Below are positions 10,740 through 19,130 of a stretch of DNA of 64,000 nt, in pieces (position 1 is the first letter of the stretch; each line of letters begins with the position of its first letter). The notes beneath the pieces were generated by a model. That model had not been told where the DNA came from. It was given only the letters and a program-made list of their open reading frames with translations, and searched no databases. The position numbers were made by a program, and so were the translations under genes. This stretch comes from Negativicutes bacterium (GTDB lineage Bacteria > Bacillota > Negativicutes > JBAXTZ01): NCBI GenBank assembly GCA_041666525.1, contig JBAYGT010000002.1:139975-203974 (forward strand), in the 5' to 3' direction.

Positions 10740-11840
10740 GTGGATATTAGATTACATAAATTGGCACATTTGGTTGTAAATTATTCGGCAAAGGTACAAC
10801 CAGGTGAGTTTGTACTGATACAGGCTGATGCGGTCGCTGCGAAATGGGTTGAGGCTGTTGCCGAAGAAGTGCTTAAAGCCGGCGGTCACTTTGAGACACT
10901 GATCGGCATTTCCGATGTATCAGATAAATTTGTACGTTATGCCAGTGAACCGCAGCTTAAGCATGAGCGAGAGATCCAGAAGTTTGCTATTGAACGCGCC
11001 GATGTCTGGTTGACTGCCTGGGCAAATAATAATACACGTGCTAATACCAATACAGCGCCCGAACGGTTAAAGATGATGTCTGAGGGCGCGCGTAGCTGGC
11101 GGGAAATTTACATGAACCGGATGGCCGACGGCAGCCTGCGCTGGTGCGGCACCCAGTTTCCCACACACTCTGATGCCCAGGAAGCTGAGATGAGTTTTTC
11201 TGAATACGAAGAATTTGTTTACGGTGCCGGACATTTGGACGAAGCCAATCCTGCTGCCCATTGGGAAATGGTCGACAATGATCAAAAACGTATATGCGCA
11301 ATCCTAAATCAAAAGTCTATTGTTCGTTTTGTATCTAAAGACACTGATATTTCTGCTGATGTAAGCGGGCAAAAATGGGTGAGTTGCGCCGGACAAGTTA
11401 ATTTTCCAGACGGCGAAGTGTTTACCGCGCCCAAGCCGGATGGCGTAAACGGCCACATTCGCTTTAGTTTTCCGGGAATTTATATGGGAAAAGCGATTGA
11501 AAATATTTTTCTCCGTGTTGAAAACGGCAGAGTGGTTGAGGCGACTGCGGATAAAGGCGAAGAATTGTTGAATACGTTGCTGGATATTGATGATGGTGCC
11601 CGTTTTTTTGGCGAAGTCGCAATCGGTACTAACTTCGGTATTCAGCGGTTTACCCGTAATATGTTATTTGACGAAAAAATCGGCGGTACGATCCATTTTG
11701 CGCTCGGTAACGGTTATGGTGAGTGCGGTCAATGTAACCAATCGCTCATCCACTGGGATATGCTCTGTGATATGCGCAGCGGTGGTGAAATATATGCAGA
11801 CGACGAACTAATATACAAAGACGGGAGGTTTCTTGTATGA
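10740..11840 (+). CDS. Aminopeptidase, M29 (AmpS/PepS) family
   Basis: 366 aa with M29 thermophilic-aminopeptidase-like blocks. GTG start. Confidence 0.6.
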   Translation: MDIRLHKLAHLVVNYSAKVQPGEFVLIQADAVAAKWVEAVAEEVLKAGGHFETLIGISDVSDKFVRYASEPQLKHEREIQKFAIERADVWLTAWANNNTRANTNTAPERLKMMSEGARSWREIYMNRMADGSLRWCGTQFPTHSDAQEAEMSFSEYEEFVYGAGHLDEANPAAHWEMVDNDQKRICAILNQKSIVRFVSKDTDISADVSGQKWVSCAGQVNFPDGEVFTAPKPDGVNGHIRFSFPGIYMGKAIENIFLRVENGRVVEATADKGEELLNTLLDIDDGARFFGEVAIGTNFGIQRFTRNMLFDEKIGGTIHFALGNGYGECGQCNQSLIHWDMLCDMRSGGEIYADDELIYKDGRFLV

Positions 11841-12748
11841 GTTTTTACGATAAACTAAAAGACGGTTTGAGTAAGACCCGCGATTCACTCTCGATTAAGC
11901 TTGATAATCTTGTTCTTGGTTCAGTGGCGTTAGATGATGATTTTGTGGATGAGATTGAAATGATTTTGTTGACGGCCGATGTCGGCACCCGCACGGTTCA
12001 CCAGATTATGACTGAATTGCGCTTGAAAATAAAAAATCGCGAAATAACTATCGTTGAAATGGTTAAACCTTATTTAGAGAAAATTGTATATGATATTTTG
12101 GCTGAACAAAATAGTTCAACTGAACTAACCGGTAAGCCCCATGTTATATTTTTAATCGGTGTAAACGGTGCCGGTAAAACCACAACGATTGGCAAACTTG
12201 CCAACTTTTACCGCGAGCAGGGAAAGAAAGTGTTGCTTGGCGCGGCGGATACCTTCCGCGCTGCGGCAATTGAACAACTCGAAGAATGGGCGAAACGTGC
12301 CAAAGTTGATGTCATCAAACAAAAAGAAGGCTCCGATCCGGCAGCAGTAGCTTTTGACACCGTAAAGGCCGGTATCGCACGTGGCGCCGATGTTATTTTT
12401 ATCGATACCGCCGGGCGGTTACAAACAAAATCCAACCTTATGGAAGAACTAAAAAAGATCCGCAGAGTAGTTGCCCGCGAGTTGCCGGGCGCACCGCATG
12501 AAACACTGATGGTGTTAGACGGTACCACTGGTCAGAACGCTATCAGTCAGGCGAAGTTGTTTTCTGAGGCTGCGCTTGTTACCGGATTGGTGTTGACTAA
12601 AATTGACGGCACCGCCAAAGGAGGCGCAGTACTCGCCGTGAAAAACGAGCTTGGCATTCCGGTGAAATGGGTAGGCGTTGGTGAAGGCATCGATGATCTG
12701 CGACCGTTCGTGCCCGAAGAATATGCACGGGCGTTGTTCGAAAAATAG
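11837..12748 (+). CDS. ftsY: Signal recognition particle receptor FtsY
   Basis: GVNGAGKTTTIGKLA, DTAGR and TKIDG SRP-GTPase motifs. 303 aa short FtsY, as in Firmicutes. Confidence 0.9.
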   Translation: MSFYDKLKDGLSKTRDSLSIKLDNLVLGSVALDDDFVDEIEMILLTADVGTRTVHQIMTELRLKIKNREITIVEMVKPYLEKIVYDILAEQNSSTELTGKPHVIFLIGVNGAGKTTTIGKLANFYREQGKKVLLGAADTFRAAAIEQLEEWAKRAKVDVIKQKEGSDPAAVAFDTVKAGIARGADVIFIDTAGRLQTKSNLMEELKKIRRVVARELPGAPHETLMVLDGTTGQNAISQAKLFSEAALVTGLVLTKIDGTAKGGAVLAVKNELGIPVKWVGVGEGIDDLRPFVPEEYARALFEK

Positions 12749-12758
12749 TAAGTTTATC

Positions 12759-12798
12759 AAACGCTGTCAAGCTGTTATACTTGACAGCGTTTTTTTTA
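12759..12798 (+). terminator. Rho-independent terminator after ftsY
   Basis: Stem aacgctgtcaag / cttgacagcgtt followed by a T8 run. Confidence 0.6.
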
Positions 12799-12809
12799 TC
12801 GTATATAAT
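12781..12809 (+). promoter_or_regulatory. Putative sigma-70 promoter for ylxM-ffh (TTGACA-17-TATAAT)
   Basis: TTGACA at 12781-86, a 17-nt spacer, then TATAAT at 12804-09. The -35 lies inside the descending arm of the ftsY terminator. Confidence 0.4.
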
Positions 12810-13136
12810 ATGTCCGTTATGTTAGAAAAAAAATTGACTTACATTGAATTATTCGACGAGTATCGGTTGTTATTAACCGATAAGCAACAACAAATATTCA
12901 CGTTGCATTTTCTTGAGGACTTGTCGTTTACTGAAATTGCAACTGATCTGGCAATATCCAAGCAAGCAGTTAATGATGCCTTGAAAAAATCTTGCGAACA
13001 GCTGGAACAACTCGAACAAAAACTCCAGTTGGCCACAAAACAAAAAAAACGTGGCACTTTAATTAACCGATTGCTTGAATTTTCAGTTTCGGATGATATT
13101 CGTCAAACTGTAATCGAATTACAGGAGATTTCATAA
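12810..13136 (+). CDS. ylxM: YlxM/UPF0122 helix-turn-helix protein of the ffh operon
   Basis: 108 aa with a ~110-aa sigma-70 region-4-like HTH. The position immediately upstream of ffh is conserved in Firmicutes. The longer track ORF (12678) overlaps ftsY and is not used. Confidence 0.7.
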   Translation: MSVMLEKKLTYIELFDEYRLLLTDKQQQIFTLHFLEDLSFTEIATDLAISKQAVNDALKKSCEQLEQLEQKLQLATKQKKRGTLINRLLEFSVSDDIRQTVIELQEIS

Positions 13137-13160
13137 TTCAAATTTTCCTACGAGGTAAAT

Positions 13161-14513
13161 ATGTTTCAAAGTTTATCAGAAAAACTCGAATTAACGTTTA
13201 AAAAACTCCGCGGCCGCGGCAAAATCACTGAGACCGATGTCAGCGAAGCAATGCGTGATGTCCGGATGGCATTGCTCGAGGCGGACGTTAATTTCAAGGT
13301 TGTCAAGGAGTTCGTCGCCAAAATAAAAGAACGGGCTATTGGCCAGGAAGTTCTGTCCAGCCTGACGCCGGTACAGCATATCATTAAGATTGTTAATGAT
13401 GAGCTAACCGAACTTATGGGAGTGGCACAAAGCCGGATCACGATGGCATCCAAGCCACCGACTGTTATTATGATGGTTGGCTTGCAGGGCAGCGGCAAGA
13501 CTACAACTTGCGCAAAATTGGCAAGTGTTCTCACCAAACAAGGTAAAAAACCGATGTTGGTTGCCGCAGATATCTATCGTCCGGCAGCAATTAAGCAATT
13601 GCAGGTTGTCGGCGAACAGGTCGGTGTACCGGTATTTGAAATGGGCGACAATGCCAATCCGGTAACGATAGTTTCCGGTGCGTTAAAATATGCCTATCAG
13701 CATGCCTGCGATGTGATGATCATTGATACAGCCGGACGACTGCACATTGACGAATCACTGATGCAGGAATTGAGCAACCTTAAACAGGTTACCAAGCCGC
13801 ACGAGATTCTGTTAGTTGTTGATGCGATGACCGGACAAGATGCCGTTAATGTCGCAGAAACTTTCAACAGTCGTTTGGGAATAGACGGCGTAATTCTTAC
13901 CAAGCTAGACGGTGATGCCCGCGGTGGCGCGGCGTTGTCGATCAAGGCGATTACCGGAAAACCGATTAAGTATATTGGTATCGGTGAAAAACTTGACGGC
14001 ATTGAACCGTTTTATCCCGACCGTATGGCACAGCGGATTCTCGGAATGGGCGATATGCTGTCGCTTATCGAAAAAGCTGAATCGGTGTTTGATGAGAAAA
14101 AATCGGCGGAATTAGAAAAAAAATTACGCAAACAAGAATTCACTCTCGATGATTTTCTCGATCAACTCCAACAGATTAAGAAAATGGGTTCATTGTCGCA
14201 AATCATGGGCATGATTCCCGGTATGGGCAAGCAAATGGCGCAACTCAAGGATGCCCAGATTGACAAAAAACAAATGAGCCGGGTCGAAGCGATTATCTAT
14301 TCAATGACGCCCAAAGAGCGAGCTAAACCGGAAATACTTAACGCAAGGCGCAAGCAACGCGTAGCTAAGGGGAGCGGCTCTCAGGTGCAGGACGTCAACC
14401 GGCTGCTGAAGCAATTTGATGACGCGCGTAAAATGATGAAGACCGTTATGAAAATGTCCGGTAAAAAGGGCGGCGGTGGCATGGCCGGACTTGGTAATAT
14501 GTTCGGCAGATAA
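13161..14513 (+). CDS. ffh: Signal recognition particle protein Ffh
   Basis: GLQGSGKTTTCAKLA, DTAGR and TKLDG motifs. Met-rich M-domain tail. Confidence 0.92.
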   Translation: MFQSLSEKLELTFKKLRGRGKITETDVSEAMRDVRMALLEADVNFKVVKEFVAKIKERAIGQEVLSSLTPVQHIIKIVNDELTELMGVAQSRITMASKPPTVIMMVGLQGSGKTTTCAKLASVLTKQGKKPMLVAADIYRPAAIKQLQVVGEQVGVPVFEMGDNANPVTIVSGALKYAYQHACDVMIIDTAGRLHIDESLMQELSNLKQVTKPHEILLVVDAMTGQDAVNVAETFNSRLGIDGVILTKLDGDARGGAALSIKAITGKPIKYIGIGEKLDGIEPFYPDRMAQRILGMGDMLSLIEKAESVFDEKKSAELEKKLRKQEFTLDDFLDQLQQIKKMGSLSQIMGMIPGMGKQMAQLKDAQIDKKQMSRVEAIIYSMTPKERAKPEILNARRKQRVAKGSGSQVQDVNRLLKQFDDARKMMKTVMKMSGKKGGGGMAGLGNMFGR

Positions 14514-14571
14514 ACAGAGTAATATGCAAAAGCATTTACATAAAAATTAATTAAAATTAAGGAGACTTATC

Positions 14572-14835
14572 ATGGCAGTAAAAATTCGTTTAAATCGTCA
14601 AGGTTCCAAAAAAAATCCGTTCTATCGGGTAGTTGTTGCTGATTCCCGCGCGCCGCGTGATGGCCGCTTTATTGAAATTATCGGTACTTATGACGCAACA
14701 AAACAACCGGCGGCAGTGAAAATCGATGAAGAAAAAGCAATGGCATGGTTGCTAAAAGGCGCACAACCGACCGATACGGTAAAAAGCTTGTTTAAGCAAG
14801 CCGGTATCAATAAAAAGTTTAGTGAGCAGAAATAA
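14572..14835 (+). CDS. rpsP: 30S ribosomal protein S16
   Basis: [35 protein letters not shown] is a canonical S16 N-terminus. Confidence 0.93.
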   Translation: MAVKIRLNRQGSKKNPFYRVVVADSRAPRDGRFIEIIGTYDATKQPAAVKIDEEKAMAWLLKGAQPTDTVKSLFKQAGINKKFSEQK

Positions 14836-14848
14836 TTTGTGAGGCATT

Positions 14849-15079
14849 ATGAAAGATGTAGTTGAATATATCGTAAAATCGTTGGTTAATCATCCTGAGC
14901 AAGTTGTCATAACCGAAAAAGTTTCTGACGGAATGACAGTTTATGAAGTGAAAGTCAATGAAGCTGACACTGGCCGGGTAATTGGCAAGCATGGTCGGAT
15001 CGCCAAAGCGGTGCGCGCTGTGGTAAAAGCTGCTGCTGCGGTTAACGGTGACGAAAAAGTTACAGTTGATATTATTTAA
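14849..15079 (+). CDS. KH-domain RNA-binding protein (YlqC-like)
   Basis: 76 aa with the GRVIGKHGRIAKAVR KH motif. Conserved position after rpsP. Confidence 0.8.
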   Translation: MKDVVEYIVKSLVNHPEQVVITEKVSDGMTVYEVKVNEADTGRVIGKHGRIAKAVRAVVKAAAAVNGDEKVTVDII

Positions 15080-15098
15080 AGTTAGAGGAAATAAGTAA

Positions 15099-15512
15099 AT
15101 GCAAAAAATAACGATAAAAGTGCCTATTACCGTGAATGCTGTAGTAACTGACAGCCTGAAAGCCCAGTTGGCTGCTGAACTCCAAGAAACTATAAAGAAA
15201 ACCGATATGGAATTACAACAATTAGAGTTTCACGGCAAGCGGATTATGGCGGAGCAATTAAAAGTTGATCCCAGCGGAATGACTGCGTTGCGTCAGCAAA
15301 TTGATGCTGAAAAAAAACAACGCCTGGATCTCAAAACTCACTTGCTCGAACGCGTCAAAGAAACTGCGATGCTCGAAATTGGTGCGGTAGTTCAACAAGG
15401 AAGCATGGAGCGGATGGTAGAGATTGGCGTGGGCGATGATTTGAGCGCGATCATGGGGCAGTCGGTGTTGGTTGAAGACGGAAAAATTGTCGAAATCAAA
15501 ACGGTTGAATAA
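15099..15512 (+). CDS. YlqD-like protein
   Basis: 137 aa, coiled-coil-rich. Occupies the ylqD slot between the KH protein and rimM. Confidence 0.5.
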   Translation: MQKITIKVPITVNAVVTDSLKAQLAAELQETIKKTDMELQQLEFHGKRIMAEQLKVDPSGMTALRQQIDAEKKQRLDLKTHLLERVKETAMLEIGAVVQQGSMERMVEIGVGDDLSAIMGQSVLVEDGKIVEIKTVE

Positions 15513-15517
15513 CAATA

Positions 15518-16009
15518 ATGGCTAATAACCTATTGATTAAAATCGGGATAATAACCTCGGCACACGGTATTACCGGGGATGTGAATGTTAAAGCGCTGAC
15601 GGATTTTCCGCAGCGCTTTAAACAAACAAAAACCGTTCTAATTGATGATAATGAATATAACATAGTCAGCGCGGCCGTAACTAGCGAGCGCGTTATTTTG
15701 CGTTTTGCAGAAGTATCTGACCGAAACTCGGCCGAAAAACTACGCGGAAAATATTTATGCGTCACCGAGAGTGCCACAGTCCGGTTGCCAAAAGGCAATT
15801 ATTATATCTACGATATCGTTGATTGCGAAGTTTATGAAGACGGTGTGTTACTAGGAATTGTTAAAGATGTTCTAAGCACCGGCAGCAATGATGTTTACGT
15901 TGTCGAATCCCAGACTGGCCAATTGCTCATTCCAGCGTTAAAACAAGTAGTAAAAGTGATTGATATTGCGAACAAGCGTCTTGACGTGAAACGGTTGTCG
16001 GAGTTATAG
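15518..16009 (+). CDS. rimM: 16S rRNA processing protein RimM
   Basis: 163 aa with the expected order of RimM N-terminal domain then PRC barrel. Synteny with trmD. Confidence 0.8.
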   Translation: MANNLLIKIGIITSAHGITGDVNVKALTDFPQRFKQTKTVLIDDNEYNIVSAAVTSERVILRFAEVSDRNSAEKLRGKYLCVTESATVRLPKGNYYIYDIVDCEVYEDGVLLGIVKDVLSTGSNDVYVVESQTGQLLIPALKQVVKVIDIANKRLDVKRLSEL

Positions 16010-16010
16010 C

Positions 16011-16712
16011 ATGAAGATATTTATTCTGTCGCTATTTCCGGAAATGTTTGCCGGGCCGTTTTCCCACAGTATCATAAAACGTGCAGTTGATGCGAAATTT
16101 TTGGATATAGAAATAATCAACCCCCGTGATTTTGCCTTTAATAAACATGACTCAGTAGATGATTCTCCGTTTGGCGGCGGCGCAGGCATGATTATGCGCC
16201 CGGAACCGGTTTTTCGCGCTGTCGAGCATATCAAAAACAAATTCCATTCAGAAAATTGCCGGACGATTTTGCTTAGTCCGGTTGGCAGGCAGTTCAATCA
16301 AGCCATCGCGCGTGAATTGAGCGGCTGCGATCAGTTGATTTTCATCTGTGGTCATTACGAAGGAATTGATGACCGTGTCCGAGCAGCATTAATTGACGAT
16401 TCCATATCGATTGGCGATTATGTGTTAACTGGTGGCGAATTGCCGGCAATGGTCGTTGTTGATGCTGTTGCGCGTCTGGTTGACGGTGTATTAGGTTGTT
16501 CGTCAAGCAGCGAGGATGAATCGTTCTCGGCGGCATTGCTTGAGTATCCGCAGTACACTCGTCCGCGCGAGTATCGAGACCAATCCGCGCCGCAAGTATT
16601 ATTGAACGGTAATCATGCCGAAATCAGTCGCTGGCGCAAACAACAAGCAATTGAGGTAACTAAAAAACATCGTCCTGATTTGTTAACTCAATCGGAAGAC
16701 AACGATAACTAA
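16011..16712 (+). CDS. trmD: tRNA (guanine37-N1)-methyltransferase
   Basis: 233 aa with ICGHYEGIDDR and LTGGELPA motifs typical of the TrmD SPOUT enzyme. Confidence 0.9.
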   Translation: MKIFILSLFPEMFAGPFSHSIIKRAVDAKFLDIEIINPRDFAFNKHDSVDDSPFGGGAGMIMRPEPVFRAVEHIKNKFHSENCRTILLSPVGRQFNQAIARELSGCDQLIFICGHYEGIDDRVRAALIDDSISIGDYVLTGGELPAMVVVDAVARLVDGVLGCSSSSEDESFSAALLEYPQYTRPREYRDQSAPQVLLNGNHAEISRWRKQQAIEVTKKHRPDLLTQSEDNDN

Positions 16713-16724
16713 AACTGAGGTAGT

Positions 16725-17282
16725 ATGTCAGCAGTATATATCGGTCTTGTTCATTTTCCAATTTATAATAAAAATTATGAAGTAATCTCTACCGCGATAA
16801 CTAATCTGGACATTCATGATATTTCCCGCACTGCCACAACTTATGGAGTGAAAAAATATTTTATTATTCATCCGCTACGGCAACAACAGGATTTAGCAGT
16901 ACAGATTCTTGATTACTGGCGTGATGGATTTGGTGGCGCGTACAATCCGGATCGCAAGCAAGCGCTTGACCGCACAATGGTTATCGCTTCTATAGAAGCT
17001 GCAATTTTTGAAATAACCGCCATTGAAGCAACCGCGCCGATTGTCGTAACAACCGATGCTCGTGAATATTCGAACACTGTTAGTTATCAGGAGCTGCGTT
17101 CAAAAATTGAAACTGATGCTCAGCCAGTTCTGGTATTGTTCGGCACTGGTAATGGCATCGAGAAGTCGGTAATGGCAAACTTTGATTTTATTCTTGAACC
17201 GATTCGAAGTCGTAATGATTACAATCATCTCTGCGTTCGTTCGGCGGCAGCAATAATTTTAGATCGTTTACTTGGAGTATAG
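16725..17282 (+). CDS. Putative SPOUT-class RNA methyltransferase (Methyltrn_RNA_4-like)
   Basis: 185 aa. Family recalled as frequently adjacent to trmD. Assignment is from memory of the conserved blocks and is not verified. Confidence 0.4.
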   Translation: MSAVYIGLVHFPIYNKNYEVISTAITNLDIHDISRTATTYGVKKYFIIHPLRQQQDLAVQILDYWRDGFGGAYNPDRKQALDRTMVIASIEAAIFEITAIEATAPIVVTTDAREYSNTVSYQELRSKIETDAQPVLVLFGTGNGIEKSVMANFDFILEPIRSRNDYNHLCVRSAAAIILDRLLGV

Positions 17283-17287
17283 ATGTT

Positions 17288-17851
17288 ATGAAAATTGGTA
17301 TTATCAGCGATACACACGGAATGTATGACAGTTGGCGTGTAGTTTACGAAAAATATTTTTTCGATTGCGATTTTATTTTGCATGCCGGTGATATTTTGTA
17401 TCATGGTCCGCGCAATCCGATATTGGCAGAATACAATCCGGCAAAACTTGCGGATGATTTAAACAATATACCGAACACGATACTGTTCGCGCACGGAAAT
17501 TGTGATTCTGAAGTAGACAACATGATATTGCAGCATCCGATTCAAACGCCTTACGTCCTTGCGTATCTCAATAACATGCGAATTGTGCTGTCACACGGGC
17601 ATTATTTTGATGATGCTGAATATATTCAGAAAGTCGCTAAACAGTTTAAGGCAGATGTAATGATTTACGGGCACATCCATCTCCCGGTGTTGGAGAAAGT
17701 TGATAATATTATCTATCTCAATCCTGGTTCGCCGTCACTATCAAAACTGGAAAACAAGCGCGGAACAGCGGCAATATGGCAAGATGATGTAATCAAAATA
17801 ATCTACTGTGACAATGGTCAAACAATAAAACAGGTGAATCTGCATGAATGA
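17288..17851 (+). CDS. Metallophosphoesterase, YfcE/MJ0936 family
   Basis: ISDTHG...HAGD...GNCD...SHGH...GHIH metallophosphatase motif series. Confidence 0.8.
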   Translation: MKIGIISDTHGMYDSWRVVYEKYFFDCDFILHAGDILYHGPRNPILAEYNPAKLADDLNNIPNTILFAHGNCDSEVDNMILQHPIQTPYVLAYLNNMRIVLSHGHYFDDAEYIQKVAKQFKADVMIYGHIHLPVLEKVDNIIYLNPGSPSLSKLENKRGTAAIWQDDVIKIIYCDNGQTIKQVNLHE

Positions 17852-18716
17852 TTATATTCTCCGGGTGAGTTGTGACGGGTTAGTGGTTTTTGCCGGTAGT
17901 TTGCCCAAAGTTTGTAATGAAGCAAGTTACAGACACAGTTGCTCGCCAACCGCTGCAGCAGCCTTGGGACGCACGATGATTGCTACTGCCTTATATGCGG
18001 AAACGATGAAAAACGACGAGAACATTTCTGTACGCATTTCTGGCGACGGTCCGCTTGGCAATATTATTGCAACCGCAGATGCTGACGGCAATATTCGTGG
18101 TTACGCACAACATGCCGATATGAATATAGCGCCGCTAGCTCCGGGAAAACTTAATGTCGGCGGATTGGTGGGCAGTGGCGGAAATATTTATGTATCCCGT
18201 TATTCGCCATCAACCGGAAAGACCTTTACCGGTGCTGCCGAATTGGTCAATGGCGAAATCGGCGACGATTTCGCGAATTATTTGCACAAATCGGAACAAA
18301 TTGCGTCAGCAGTCGGGCTGGGCGTGTGGATAAACCCGGACAATACTATCACTACTGCCGGTGGTTTTTTAGTAATGGCACTGCCGGGATGTTCTGAACA
18401 TATACTGGAAATATTGGAATCAAACATTGCTAAAATGTGTGGTGTGACAGATATATTGTTGTCGGCGAACAATTCAGTACAAGCTCTGATTAAAGCTTTG
18501 TTAATGGGAATTAATTACCATATTACTGCGACCAAAAACGTTCATTTTAAATGTAACTGTGATGATCAACGAATTAAACTGGTTCTCAACAGTTTATCGA
18601 CTGACGACTTGGAACACTTGTTGGCAACAGATGATACCGAGATGATTTGTCATTTTTGTAACGAGAAATACATTGTAGCCCGCGAGGATATTATCAAAAT
18701 CATTGCTTCGAAATAA
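17844..18716 (+). CDS. hslO: Redox-regulated chaperone Hsp33
   Basis: 290 aa. C-terminal zinc centre CNCD...(x28)...CHFCN is the CxC...CxxC Hsp33 signature. Confidence 0.85.
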   Translation: MNDYILRVSCDGLVVFAGSLPKVCNEASYRHSCSPTAAAALGRTMIATALYAETMKNDENISVRISGDGPLGNIIATADADGNIRGYAQHADMNIAPLAPGKLNVGGLVGSGGNIYVSRYSPSTGKTFTGAAELVNGEIGDDFANYLHKSEQIASAVGLGVWINPDNTITTAGGFLVMALPGCSEHILEILESNIAKMCGVTDILLSANNSVQALIKALLMGINYHITATKNVHFKCNCDDQRIKLVLNSLSTDDLEHLLATDDTEMICHFCNEKYIVAREDIIKIIASK

Positions 18717-18725
18717 CACATAAAA

Positions 18726-18772
18726 AAAGAGTCACTTCAAGCTATTAACTAACTTGAGTGACTCTTTGATTT
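18726..18772. terminator. Bidirectional rho-independent terminator between hslO and rpmB
   Basis: agagtcacttcaag / cttgagtgactct stem flanked by an A-run and a T-run. Confidence 0.6.
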
Positions 18773-18784
18773 TTTGTTGCTATA

Positions 18785-18973
18785 TTATGCGCGTTCGATT
18801 TTACCGGAACGCAGGCAACGAGTGCAAGTGTTGAGACGAACTGTTTCGCCTTTTACGACAGCTCTTACTGTTTGAATATTCGGTTTCCATTTGCGACGAG
18901 TCTTTAAATGAGAGTGGCTGACGTTGTTACCACTCGCAGTAGTCTTTCCGCAGATTTCACAAATATTTGCCAT
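18785..18973 (-). CDS. rpmB: 50S ribosomal protein L28
   Basis: MANICEICGKTTASGNNVSHSHLKTRRKWKPNIQ... is a canonical L28. AGGAGG lies 10 nt upstream of this ATG. The 86-aa track ORF carries a spurious N-terminal extension. Confidence 0.9.
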   Translation of the reverse strand: MANICEICGKTTASGNNVSHSHLKTRRKWKPNIQTVRAVVKGETVRLNTCTRCLRSGKIERA

Positions 18974-19130
18974 ATCTATCATACCTCCTGTCAGGTTATG
19001 TTCGTAAAACAGTAACATTTTAATATAAAAGTGGTTTCTAAGCAAGCAAATAATGTATAATTGTGATAAAAACCTGGAATTTTTGCTCGTCAGAAAGTTA
19101 GAATTATTAAAATACTATGCAGGTAGGCAA

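Noticed and set aside
12678-12809. Upstream extension of ylxM overlapping the ftsY 3' end
   Set aside because: It would read through the ftsY terminator and start inside ftsY. YlxM proteins are ~110 aa, matching the ATG at 12810.
18974-19045. 24-aa N-terminal extension of L28 in the track ORF
   Set aside because: Canonical L28 starts at MANICE, which has AGGAGG 10 nt upstream. The extension would place the SD inside the coding region.
19053-19130. N-terminal 26-aa extension of RecG in the ORF track
   Set aside because: RecG orthologues begin near the MNLDLS...IRYLRGVG segment. The extension is probably upstream read-through of the frame, though it cannot be excluded without alignment.
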